Shown: positions 36,987-46,194 of the stretch, piece by piece
Layout of the letters: the number at the start of each line of letters is the position of its first letter
Position numbering within the stretch: the first letter of the stretch is position 1
NCBI GenBank assembly: GCA_043742705.1
Contig: JAYTXY010000056.1
Span: 1-55,137, forward strand
DNA: 55,137 nt
Source of the DNA: Bacteroidota bacterium
GTDB lineage: Bacteria > Bacteroidota > Bacteroidia > AKYH767-A > 2013-40CM-41-45
Reading direction: 5' to 3'
Translations under genes and position numbers: made by a program
The notes under the pieces: model-generated
What the model was told of the DNA's origin: nothing
Databases searched by the model: none
The model's input: the letters and a program-made list of their open reading frames with translations, nothing else

Positions 36987-37064
36987 ATCTACGAATTACG
37001 AATTGATACTAATATACCTATCAAAGCGCATTCGTAAATTCCGACAAATTCGTAATTCGTAGAT
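36987..37064. repeat. Cargo-less hairpin element with perfect 18-bp tacgaat-unit arms, copy A
   Basis: atctacgaattacgaatt (36987-37004) and aattcgtaattcgtagat (37047-37064) are exact reverse complements. The 42-nt loop gatactaatatacc...gcattcgtaaattc is shared with copy B. Confidence 0.85.
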
Positions 37065-37109
37065 TGGATGTCACGTATCAAATTGGGATACTGCAACCAA
37101 CTTAAAATC

Positions 37110-39053
37110 TCAATGAACCTGTCGGTTTTTGATCATGGATTGCATGGTCTGAAGAGCTGCCTTGGTAAAGGTGATCATACTGTCGCTCCGTTGAGGATCA
37201 CCCATCATATCACAGCAACGCTCATCATTCCAAAGACGGAAAAGAGTTGTCTTTTCTTTTTGCTGAATGCAAAAACAATCTTTTGAAATACAACCCAGTT
37301 CATCGTCATAGGTGAACGGAAGAAATTTTCGTTCTTCCTTAAAAAGATTTACTCCGAAAGAGTTATTCGTATATGACAAGTTCAACAAACTCATCACCGT
37401 TGGAAATACATCAATCTGTCCGCCGAGCTTTTCAATGATTTGTGCTTTCAGAATTTTCGGAGCATACATAATAAGCGGAACGTGGTGATACGACAAATAA
37501 TGATCTGTCTGATCGTCAAGTATCGCTCCGTGATCTCCGGTAAAAACAAAAATCGTGCTGTCGAACCAATTTTGCGAAGAACATTCTTTCAGAAAATTTC
37601 CAATCGACCAGTCTGCATATTCTGTAGCTTGTTTTTTTTTGTCTGATGAGAGCGGATGAAAAGGAATGTCTGTCGGAATTTTGTAAGGACCGTGATCGCT
37701 CCCTGTCATGAATGCTGCAAAGAATGGTTTTCCATTTTGATGAAGCGTGTTGAATCGTGTCACCGCATCTTCAAACATCACATGATCGGGAACACCGAGT
37801 GTGCTCAATACTTTGTCCTGCGGATAATTCCGTTCGCTCACAATATTTTGAAAACCATTCGGCAAAAGAAATCCTGCCATGTTATCAAACTGATCATCGT
37901 GCGTTGTAAAAAAAACAGTCTGGTAATTTTCTTTTGAAACTATTCTTGCTATTCCTTCATACGGTTGCTGGTTCGCAAGATCTTTCATGTGATGAACCAT
38001 CGGAAGAGAAGGCATGCCGAACAAGGTTGAATAAATTCCATTGAAGGTGTGAATACCGTCTGAATAAACAGAGTTGAACAACACTGCATTTTTTGAAATG
38101 CTGTCAAGGCATGGAGTTAAATGATCTTTGTTTCCAAAGATTCCCATCTTCCTTGATGTCATGCTTTCCATGATAACAAGAACAACATTTAATTTTCGCG
38201 GCTCATTCGATGAAACAACTTTCCTTGCAACCGGAGAATACAACTTTTCATTCGGAGAAATTCCCAACGCGTTCTGAATCGTTTGAATGGCAAGTGCTTC
38301 ATCCATGTAATGAATGTCATTGCTCTTTCTGTTCTTCTGATCCAGCCAGCTTTGCATGAATGTGTAAACAGGATTCAGTCCGAGTTGATTCGTCAGGTTG
38401 TGCTGGCTTACAAAGGCTGTTCCCCAGCGAATCGGAGATTTGATAGCAATTCGCCCTCGAATTCCTAAAAACATAAATCCACAAGCCAGTAAATAAAAAA
38501 CTATTGCAGATGTTATTGATTTTTTTTCTTCCTGCTGTTCCAATGTTTTGTTCCTGATTTCTTTCATCGTTCCATAAAGAAGGATCAGCAACACAACATA
38601 TGCGATGAGAAAAGGGTAATTCTGAATGTCTTCGAAAATAATTTTAATCATCATTCCCGGAGTATTTGTCCATTGCAAGGATGCAACGGTCAATCTGGTT
38701 TGCTGATGATTGAACCATGGAATGTCAGCACAAACAATAAAAATTCCGACTGCATATATTAAGAAGATAAAAGCAAAAATAATTTTCTCTAAAAAAATAA
38801 TTCGTCTTTTAAAAAAAGAGAAAAGGAAAAACAGCACCAATGGAATTGCAAGAAAATAACCACTGATGACAGCATCGAAACGGATTCCTAAAACAAAAGC
38901 CTGAAGAACATACCTTGAGGGAATTGTTTTGATTTCGTTGAAGTGAAAAATAAAAAGCAATATCCGCAGCAATGAAAACACAATCATTCCACTTCCGTAA
39001 ATCAATACAATGAATTGCATTGGTCGTGGAAGTTTTTTGAAAAAAGATTTCAT
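37110..39053 (-). CDS. LTA synthase/sulfatase-family (alkaline phosphatase superfamily) membrane phosphotransferase
   Basis: Five N-terminal TM segments are followed by VVLVIMESMTS and FTGDHG motifs. ATG at 39053 is preferred over TTG at 39074, which overlaps the ridA-like stop. Confidence 0.8.
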   Translation of the reverse strand: MKSFFKKLPRPMQFIVLIYGSGMIVFSLLRILLFIFHFNEIKTIPSRYVLQAFVLGIRFDAVISGYFLAIPLVLFFLFSFFKRRIIFLEKIIFAFIFLIYAVGIFIVCADIPWFNHQQTRLTVASLQWTNTPGMMIKIIFEDIQNYPFLIAYVVLLILLYGTMKEIRNKTLEQQEEKKSITSAIVFYLLACGFMFLGIRGRIAIKSPIRWGTAFVSQHNLTNQLGLNPVYTFMQSWLDQKNRKSNDIHYMDEALAIQTIQNALGISPNEKLYSPVARKVVSSNEPRKLNVVLVIMESMTSRKMGIFGNKDHLTPCLDSISKNAVLFNSVYSDGIHTFNGIYSTLFGMPSLPMVHHMKDLANQQPYEGIARIVSKENYQTVFFTTHDDQFDNMAGFLLPNGFQNIVSERNYPQDKVLSTLGVPDHVMFEDAVTRFNTLHQNGKPFFAAFMTGSDHGPYKIPTDIPFHPLSSDKKKQATEYADWSIGNFLKECSSQNWFDSTIFVFTGDHGAILDDQTDHYLSYHHVPLIMYAPKILKAQIIEKLGGQIDVFPTVMSLLNLSYTNNSFGVNLFKEERKFLPFTYDDELGCISKDCFCIQQKEKTTLFRLWNDERCCDMMGDPQRSDSMITFTKAALQTMQSMIKNRQVH

Positions 39054-39060
39054 GCAGAAA

Positions 39061-39483
39061 TTAAACAGTGGCAATTACCTTCAACTCAATGGCAATCGGA
39101 GTTGGCAAACAATTAATTTCAAGCGTAGTTCTGCACGGAGGATTGTCTTTGAAATATTCAGCCCACAATTTATTATAAATAGGAAAATCATTTTTCATGT
39201 TCGTGAGATAAACTGTTACATCTACAATTTTATCCCACGATGTTCCGGCATCTTCAAGAATCAGTTTTACATTTTTAAAAACAGAATGACATTGCGTGGC
39301 GATATCATAGCTGATGATTTTTCCATTTGCATCCTGTTCAACTCCGGGAATTTTTTTTGTTCCGCGTTCGCGCGGACCAACTCCTGAAAGAAAAAGTAAG
39401 TTGCCGACTTTTCTTGCATGCGGATACAAGCCAACCGGCTCGGGAGCCTTACCGGAATTGATGGAAGAGTTTTCTGCTGTCAT
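39061..39483 (-). CDS. RidA/YjgF/L-PSP family protein
   Basis: 140 aa. Matches the typical RidA pattern: GLYPHARKVGNLLFLSGVGPR...VTVYLTNMKDF...PCRTTLE. Confidence 0.85.
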   Translation of the reverse strand: MTAENSSINSGKAPEPVGLYPHARKVGNLLFLSGVGPRERGTKKIPGVEQDANGKIISYDIATQCHSVFKNVKLILEDAGTSWDKIVDVTVYLTNMKNDFPIYNKLWAEYFKDNPPCRTTLEINCLPTPIAIELKVIATV

Positions 39484-39576
39484 TGTTTTAAAAAATCAGG
39501 AATTCATTTAATGAATTACGAAGATCAAGGTTTATTCGGGAATTGCGAAAAAATATTTCACTATAAAAATCAGCTT

Positions 39577-39646
39577 GTCATGCAGGAGGCATCCATTTAT
39601 GAATTGGTTCCACAACTGACTTAAAAATAGATTCCTCCTGAATGAC
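39577..39646. repeat. gtcatKcaggag-family palindromic element, copy 2
   Basis: gtcatgcaggagg (39577-39589) pairs with cctcctgaatgac (39634-39646), 12/13. The 3' end aaaatagattcctcctgaatgac is nearly identical to aaaaagattcctcctgaatgac at 31821-31841. Confidence 0.75.
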
Positions 39647-39696
39647 ATCTTGAGCCATTCCGTTCTTGAATTCACAAACCGTTTATTAAGAAAAGC

Positions 39697-40491
39697 CTAC
39701 TGAATATTTTCAGCAATTTTTTTTGAAAGCTCTTCTCCGGAAATTGCTCCGTTGTATTTCCATTTCTGCACTCCGCTTTTAAACAGGATGAAAACAGGAA
39801 CTCCCCGGATCTGGTATTTCGTTGCAACTTCTTTGCTGTTGTCAACATCGATTCGGATTACAACTGCTTTGCCTTTGAAATCCTCCGCAATTTTTTCCAC
39901 CACAGGAATCATCTTTCTGCAGGGCGCACACCATTTCGTGTGAAAGTCGACCAACACAGGTTGTTTCGTTTTCAGCATTTGATTGAATTCCGCCAACGTG
40001 AGTTGTTTAATATTTTCATCTTTTACGCTTTCGGGTTTTGTCACAGCAAATCCTTTTCCTGACCATGCAGTCAATCCACCTTCGAGGTTATATACTTTTT
40101 TAAAACCGTTCTTCTTCATGATCTCCGCTGCCTGTGCACTTCGTCCGCCCATTTTACAATACACATAAACCGGCTTGTCTTTCGGAATCAGATTCACCTT
40201 GCTTGCAAAATCATCATCATAAAAATCAATTGTGCTGGCTCCGCCAATATAACCTTGTTCAACTTCTTCGGAGGTGCGAACATCCAGCAATACACCTATT
40301 CCAGATTCAACAAGTTGTTTGAATTTTTCCGGAGTTGCGTTTTCAACAATCTGAGATTGGTTTTGTCCACTCGCAAAAGTGAAAATAAACAGTGCGATGA
40401 TTAAAGTAACAAGTTGTTTAATTGTTTTCACGGTTCTTGATTTATCTTTCAGTCTTGTCTCTTGATTCTTGCCTCTTGGTTCTACAAACAA
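39697..40491 (-). CDS. Exported rhodanese-thioredoxin fusion protein
   Basis: Rhodanese active-site loop YCKMGGRS, then a thioredoxin domain with WCAPC. The track start is TTG at 40491. An alternative GTG at 40430 gives a clean signal peptide (KTIKQLVTLIIALFIFTFASG). Confidence 0.8.
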   Translation of the reverse strand: MFVEPRGKNQETRLKDKSRTVKTIKQLVTLIIALFIFTFASGQNQSQIVENATPEKFKQLVESGIGVLLDVRTSEEVEQGYIGGASTIDFYDDDFASKVNLIPKDKPVYVYCKMGGRSAQAAEIMKKNGFKKVYNLEGGLTAWSGKGFAVTKPESVKDENIKQLTLAEFNQMLKTKQPVLVDFHTKWCAPCRKMIPVVEKIAEDFKGKAVVIRIDVDNSKEVATKYQIRGVPVFILFKSGVQKWKYNGAISGEELSKKIAENIQ

Positions 40492-41490
40492 TCATAGCCA
40501 TCCATTCGCCTTGTACCAGTCGATCGTTTCTTTCAGTCCGCGATCAAGATCGTATGCTGCACGAAAACCTATCTCGTCTTTTAACGGTGTTGTATCAACA
40601 CTCCAGTTGCGCGCTTCAAATTCATTCACACGTTCGCGGTTCAATGTTGCAATGTTTCCAAAAATGGAAGCAATGGTTTCCGTAACGAATGCAATCGGAC
40701 GTACAACAGCAGTAGGAACAGTAACGGAGATCGTTTTTTTACCTAGATGTTTTTTTGCAATGATGTTGAATTCTTTTGAATCATAAATGGATCCGTCCGA
40801 AACGAAATAATCTTTTTGTTTCAGTGGTGATTCCATTGCAAGAAAAATTGCGCTAACCAAATCTTTCACGAACACAAAACTCAACACTTGTTTTCCGAAA
40901 CCGATGTATGCCTCCACGTGTTTGTTGAGCATTTTCAATAAAATAAAAATGTCTTTGTCGCGCGGACCATACACTGCTGTAGGACGAATTATGATGTAAG
41001 GAAATCCATTCAGCGAACGCAGATAATTTTCCGATTCCAGTTTGCTCCTTCCATAGGAGGTCACCGGTTTTTGTTCATCCGTTTGCTTTATCGGATTTTG
41101 TGTTGTTCCGGGACCATGCGCAGCAAGACTACTCATGTAAACAAATTTTTCAGGAACGTTATTACTACTGATCAATCCATCCACAAAATTTTTCGTGTAC
41201 TGCGAGTTGACTGTAAAAAAATCCTGAATTGCTTTTGCTTTGGTGATTCCTGCATTATGAATGACGTAATCAAACTTGCCGTGCTTGCTGCTGAAATCAG
41301 AAATCTGATCTTTGAGTTTTTGAGAATCTGTGAAATCCAGTTCGAAGAATTTTATCCGCTCATCAGCGAGGTATTTCCTGCTACTGCTTTTACGAACACC
41401 GGCATATACCTCATACCCGCGTTTCAATGCTTCTTCAATCAGAGAACTTCCGATGAATCCGCTGGCGCCTGTGATGAGGATTTTTTTCAT
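40492..41490 (-). CDS. NAD-dependent epimerase/dehydratase-family SDR (candidate 3-keto reductase of the adjacent lipid operon)
   Basis: 332 aa. Has the ILITGASGFIGS Rossmann motif and an extended-SDR layout (YGRSK catalytic YxxxK). Confidence 0.8.
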   Translation of the reverse strand: MKKILITGASGFIGSSLIEEALKRGYEVYAGVRKSSSRKYLADERIKFFELDFTDSQKLKDQISDFSSKHGKFDYVIHNAGITKAKAIQDFFTVNSQYTKNFVDGLISSNNVPEKFVYMSSLAAHGPGTTQNPIKQTDEQKPVTSYGRSKLESENYLRSLNGFPYIIIRPTAVYGPRDKDIFILLKMLNKHVEAYIGFGKQVLSFVFVKDLVSAIFLAMESPLKQKDYFVSDGSIYDSKEFNIIAKKHLGKKTISVTVPTAVVRPIAFVTETIASIFGNIATLNRERVNEFEARNWSVDTTPLKDEIGFRAAYDLDRGLKETIDWYKANGWL

Positions 41491-41523
41491 GAGACGTTTT
41501 ACCTGTCTTCTAAAAATACATAA

Positions 41524-41622
41524 TCCCGCGTTATGCGGGACTACAAGTTAAATCGTGTGTTGGCAGGTGTTTCACCTACCACTTTTTTTTCACCTACCAG
41601 CGTTGCTTTCGGGTGAAACACC
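41524..41622. promoter_or_regulatory. Structured intercistronic spacer between the GNAT-like and SDR genes
   Basis: Hairpin tcccgc gttat gcggga lies at 41524-41540. An 11-bp inverted repeat ggtgtttcacc (41566-41576) / ggtgaaacacc (41612-41622) encloses a direct repeat tcacctacca x2 and a T8 run. Confidence 0.45.
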
Positions 41623-41635
41623 CGTCAGCACTTAA

Positions 41636-42772
41636 TCATTTCAACGGCAATTCGTAAACACGATACTTCTTGTAAACTTTTCCGCCAATGTGAAGCAATG
41701 CTTTGTTCATCATGTGGTTGTTTTCAAGAATCCATGATGCTTCTCCGTAGTTGATGCCTTTTCTGGCTGCAGCTTCTAAATTCATCGCATAAAAACAGGC
41801 ATCAATTCCGGCTTTACGATATCCTTCGATGACACCAAGTGTAATGATACGAACACTCTTTACTTTTTTCTGATTCATCAGAATCTTAAAAAGTCCGGTT
41901 GGAAATAATCGCCCCCGTTTAATCTTGATTGTGACTTCATTCAGATTGGGAATCGTCAATCCAAAACCAATTGCTTTGCCGTTGTGTTCGGCAACGTAAG
42001 CGAAATCGGTATCTACAATCGCTTTCATGTCGGACGCTGCAAAACGAAATTCGTCTTTTGTCATGGGAACAAAACCCCAGTTCTTTTCCCAGGCGGCATT
42101 GTAGACGTCATGGAGTTTATCCACTTCCTCTTTGAATTTTTTCATGTTGAACTTGCGGATGATGATACCGTCTCTCTTCAACCGATTTTCAAGAGAAGGA
42201 CGCAACGCAATCACACGCTGGTTCATATTTTCTTTCGTTCCGATTTTGTACGCGAGCATGTCCATCTTTTTCCGGAAACCGTAACGTTCCATGAAATCGT
42301 TGTAATACTTTTTGTTGTACGTCATCAGGATGACGGGAGGAACATCGTAACTGTCGATTAGCATTCCGCAGGTATCGTTCGTGGAAAAATTAACAGGACC
42401 AATAATTCCTGATAATCCTTTTTGCTTGCACCAATCCTTTACGGTATTGAGCAATGCTTCAGCTACAGCGTAATCTTCGATCACATCAAAGAATCCGAAA
42501 AAGCCATCGTTGTTGCCGGTGAATTTTTTGTACCCTCCGTTATCAACAGCAGCAACACGACCAACGATTTTTCCATCCCTGTATGCAAGAAAAAGATCTA
42601 CTTCCGCATGCTGGAAGAATGGATTTTTCTTCCGGTTAAAAAGTTTCTCCTGGGATATGTAAAGTTCCGGAACGTAATTGGAATCACCTGAATACAGATC
42701 GTGAGGAAAGTCGATGAACTTCTTTACCTCACCACCCGAAGATGCAATTTTCTTAACGGTGATTTGTGCCAT
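41636..42772 (-). CDS. GNAT-fold acyltransferase, about 380 aa (candidate N-acyltransferase)
   Basis: The C-terminal GNAT core reads LGVIEGYRKAGIDACFY...ASWILENNHMMN. The start overlaps the upstream alpha-oxoamine synthase stop by 20 nt. Confidence 0.65.
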   Translation of the reverse strand: MAQITVKKIASSGGEVKKFIDFPHDLYSGDSNYVPELYISQEKLFNRKKNPFFQHAEVDLFLAYRDGKIVGRVAAVDNGGYKKFTGNNDGFFGFFDVIEDYAVAEALLNTVKDWCKQKGLSGIIGPVNFSTNDTCGMLIDSYDVPPVILMTYNKKYYNDFMERYGFRKKMDMLAYKIGTKENMNQRVIALRPSLENRLKRDGIIIRKFNMKKFKEEVDKLHDVYNAAWEKNWGFVPMTKDEFRFAASDMKAIVDTDFAYVAEHNGKAIGFGLTIPNLNEVTIKIKRGRLFPTGLFKILMNQKKVKSVRIITLGVIEGYRKAGIDACFYAMNLEAAARKGINYGEASWILENNHMMNKALLHIGGKVYKKYRVYELPLK

Positions 42773-43982
42773 TGGCGATCATTTCCTGTAAAGCGAAAAC
42801 TCCCAGTTCTTTAGCCACCTTATGTATTTTATCAATCGCCTGTTCAATTTGTGCGATAGAGTGTGTAGCCATTAATGACATACGGATCAGTGATGAATCG
42901 CTTTTTACTGCAGGCGAAACAACAGGATTCACAAACACACCCTCTTCAAACAAACGGTTGGTAAATTTAAACGTGGTCATGTCATCACGAATGTAAATCG
43001 GGATGATTGGAGTCTCGGTTTTGCCAATGTCAAAGCCAAGGTTTTTTAAAGTCTCAGTGGCGTAACGCGTGTTTGCCCAAAGATGATCGAGACGATCCGG
43101 CTCACTTTGAATGATTTCAAGAGCAGCCAACGCAGCAGCTGCAGCTGACGGAGGAATGCTCGCGCTGAAAATCATCGAGCGTGCATTATGTTTGAGGTAA
43201 TTGATAATGTCTTTGTTACTTGCAACGAATCCGCCGAGTGATGCCAACGATTTGCTGAATGTGCTCATGATGAGATCAACCTCATTCGTCAATCCGAAAT
43301 GAGCAGCTGTCCCTTCACCATGTTTTCCGAGAACACCCAATGCATGCGCATCATCTACCATCAAAGCAGCACCATATTTATTGGCAAGCTTAACGATGGA
43401 AGGTAAATCAGCAATGTCACCTTCCATACTGAAGATTCCATCCACCACAATCATTCTTATCCTGTCATCATCAATTGAACGAAGTTGATTTTCAAGTTCG
43501 TTCATATCGTTGTGAGCAAATTTCAGAACTCTTGAAAAAGACAAACGGCTTCCTTCAATAATAGAAGCGTGGTCGAGTTCATCCAATAATAAAACTCCAT
43601 GACGACCGGTAAGCGTAGCTACAACACCTAAATTGGTTTGATAACCTGTGCTGAAAACCAACGCAGCTTCTTTGCCGACAAAGTCAGCCAGCCTTTCTTC
43701 CAACTCGATATGGAGCTTAGAGGTCCCGTTCAGGAAACGTGAGCCGGAGCAGCTGCTTCCATAACGTTCGAGAGCAATGCTCGCAGCTTCTTTCACCTTT
43801 GGGTGATTGGTTAAGCCCATGTAGCTGTTTGATCCGAACATCAGAACCCGCTTTCCCCCTATTGTAACTTCCGTATCGTGATTTTCCTCAATGGGCCTGA
43901 AGTAAGGATAAATACCTGCCTTCTTTAACTCGGCAGGTATTGTAAACTTCTTCATTTTCTGGTGAAGAGTAGTTGAAACCAT
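42753..43982 (-). CDS. PLP-dependent alpha-oxoamine synthase, serine palmitoyltransferase / cysteate-acyl transferase-like
   Basis: 409 aa. Contains YPYFRPIE, SNSYMGLTNHPKV, GSSCSGSRFLNGT (SPT-like rather than BioF/KBL-like), DDAHALG and the STFSKSLASLGG PLP-lysine motif. Confidence 0.8.
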   Translation of the reverse strand: MVSTTLHQKMKKFTIPAELKKAGIYPYFRPIEENHDTEVTIGGKRVLMFGSNSYMGLTNHPKVKEAASIALERYGSSCSGSRFLNGTSKLHIELEERLADFVGKEAALVFSTGYQTNLGVVATLTGRHGVLLLDELDHASIIEGSRLSFSRVLKFAHNDMNELENQLRSIDDDRIRMIVVDGIFSMEGDIADLPSIVKLANKYGAALMVDDAHALGVLGKHGEGTAAHFGLTNEVDLIMSTFSKSLASLGGFVASNKDIINYLKHNARSMIFSASIPPSAAAAALAALEIIQSEPDRLDHLWANTRYATETLKNLGFDIGKTETPIIPIYIRDDMTTFKFTNRLFEEGVFVNPVVSPAVKSDSSLIRMSLMATHSIAQIEQAIDKIHKVAKELGVFALQEMIANGTNHR

Positions 43983-44630
43983 TCTGTCTAATTTATGTTT
44001 TTAACCAGTTATTATCTAAATTCAATTAACCCTACTGCAAAGACAATCAAATCCTAAAACCTGACAAATAAATAACCCGCTGCCTTGTAAGGGCAAATTT
44101 TGGGTGCTCAAAATAAAGGATAAAAAAAGAAATGACCAAAGCAAATATCATGTGTGTTGATAACCAGTCGATTAGTTTGTAATCCATTATCATTTTAAGT
44201 CAGATAAACCTATCTGACTATTTAAGGGGATGAATATACAACGATTTCTTTGAACTCAAAATGTTCTTTAAGGCAACTGCTGCCTTTTCAACCCTTTCGT
44301 CAAAAATTCACGCAAAGAAATTCAATTTACAATGAATGTAAGATGATGGAAATCATCGAGCCACTTATAATGTAAAACCCGTTCAGGAAAGCTTTCTATC
44401 AATAAAGTATTTCCGGACTTTCGCCAAAGAGTTTCATGCTTTCGAGACGATGGCGGGAAACGAGAAAATTGTTTTTATTTCATAATATCTCAAAAAAGGA
44501 AACGTTATTTTGCAGCCGAAGTATAAGAACCTTAATTTTGAAGTAAAAACTGAAAGAATTACGATCAAATTAAGTTGACAAGACTCCGTTAAGATTGTAT
44601 CTTATAGAGAATTAGAAGATTAGCAAGGAC

Positions 44631-46121
44631 ATGAAAACTGCAAAAAGAAAACATACGTTTCTGAACACCATTTGTCTCGGTGTATGTTTACTCTTTTCTT
44701 TTATTTTGCCAGGCTCTTTTGCTTCAGGAAAAACTCCTGCTGATACTACTGCAATCATTAATTTTTATAATCCGGCAGGAAGTTTTTTATTCCAGCCTGA
44801 TGCTTCCATCTCTGTGAACGAAAGAGAAATGAGAGCCGGACTTCTTTACGATCTGGAGAATAAAAAAATAGTGTGGCAAAAAGAGATGAGCATGCCTTAC
44901 CCGATTGCATCACTTACAAAAATGATGGTTGCCTTGATTACCGTTGAAGATATTCACGCCGGAAAAGTCAACTGGACAGACAATGTTCACTGGACACGCG
45001 AAATCAGGATGGGAAGAGGAAAAAAGAAACGCACCGTTACTGAAAACGTAAATTATTCCCTACTCGATATTTTTAAAGCAGCCATGATTGCTTCCAATAA
45101 CGAAGCTGCAGAACAAATGGCGCGATATGTTGGCGGAGATGTTCAGTCGTTTGTTGATCGCATGAATACACGTGCAAGAGAAATAAACATGAACAGTACG
45201 TACTATGGAAATCCTACAGGACTCCCTGCCAGCGGAAAACTGTTCGACAATTCTGCTTCACCTACTGACTTGCTCATCCTCACTCTTGAAATGCTGAAGT
45301 ACGATGAGATTCTTCAGGTAACCGGAATGGGTTATGCAGACATCAACAACGGACGCAGCACCAGTGTGATCAGAAATCATAATCACCTTACTATTGATTA
45401 CAAAGGTGAAGTTGACGGAATGAAAACCGGTTACACGAAAAGAGCCGGGTTTTGTCTCGCTGCCACTTCCAACAAATGCGATCATCGGTTGATCAGCATT
45501 GTCCTTGGCTCCCGTTCTCCGAATCTCCGTAACGAAGTTGTAAAGGACATGATCAATGATTACTACAGTTCCATTGGTCTTGACAAATTAGGTCCGTATT
45601 GTGAGGCTCCTTCTTCCGTAAAATCTGTTTCGAGCATAACTCACGTTGTGAAGCACGGTGAAACGCTTGCTTCTGTTGCTTATAAATACAATTGCTCCGA
45701 AACAGATATTAAATCCTGGAACAAACTTCGTAAAGGAAGAATTGCTCCCGGACAAAAACTGACCATCGCGTCTTCTGCCAACGAGCAAGTTGCTGTTGTG
45801 AAGAGTAGTGAAGAAGATACGGAAGGAAGTGAGCAATTGGCATCCTCCGAAGAAAATCAATCAATCGATGCAACTGAAGAAACTGTTGACGTTCCAAAAG
45901 CTGTGACAACAGTATCGAAAGCAAAAGCAAAGTCTACGGTTAAGTCAGACAAATCAACTTCGAAGTACATTATTTACGTGGTGCAACCCGGCGACACGCT
46001 TTTCAGCATTGCCAAGCGTTATGACCTTGCTAACATCAACCAATTGAAAGCGGTGAACAAAATTTCCAAGGGCCATGTTTTGAAAGCCGGAGCGAAGATC
46101 AAGGTTCCTGTTAACAGCTGA
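44631..46121 (+). CDS. D-alanyl-D-alanine carboxypeptidase (S11, PBP5/6-like) with two C-terminal LysM domains
   Basis: Contains ASLTKMM (SxxK), ASNN (SxN) and KTGYT. Two LysM repeats are present (HVVKHGETLASVAYKY..., YVVQPGDTLFSIAKRY...). Confidence 0.88.
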   Translation: MKTAKRKHTFLNTICLGVCLLFSFILPGSFASGKTPADTTAIINFYNPAGSFLFQPDASISVNEREMRAGLLYDLENKKIVWQKEMSMPYPIASLTKMMVALITVEDIHAGKVNWTDNVHWTREIRMGRGKKKRTVTENVNYSLLDIFKAAMIASNNEAAEQMARYVGGDVQSFVDRMNTRAREINMNSTYYGNPTGLPASGKLFDNSASPTDLLILTLEMLKYDEILQVTGMGYADINNGRSTSVIRNHNHLTIDYKGEVDGMKTGYTKRAGFCLAATSNKCDHRLISIVLGSRSPNLRNEVVKDMINDYYSSIGLDKLGPYCEAPSSVKSVSSITHVVKHGETLASVAYKYNCSETDIKSWNKLRKGRIAPGQKLTIASSANEQVAVVKSSEEDTEGSEQLASSEENQSIDATEETVDVPKAVTTVSKAKAKSTVKSDKSTSKYIIYVVQPGDTLFSIAKRYDLANINQLKAVNKISKGHVLKAGAKIKVPVNS

Positions 46122-46194
46122 TTTTTTTCCGGGTTAATCATCACCTGTCATTCAGATTTTTCATTTAGTTTTACAACTCAAAACTATTCTTGTA

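Noticed and set aside
36804-37037. ORFs 36804..37037(+) and 49750..49935(+), which both contain YELRI..TNI.I peptides.
   Set aside because: The shared peptide is simply the translation of the tacgaattacgaat...actaatatac repeat element, so these are repeat DNA rather than paralogous proteins.
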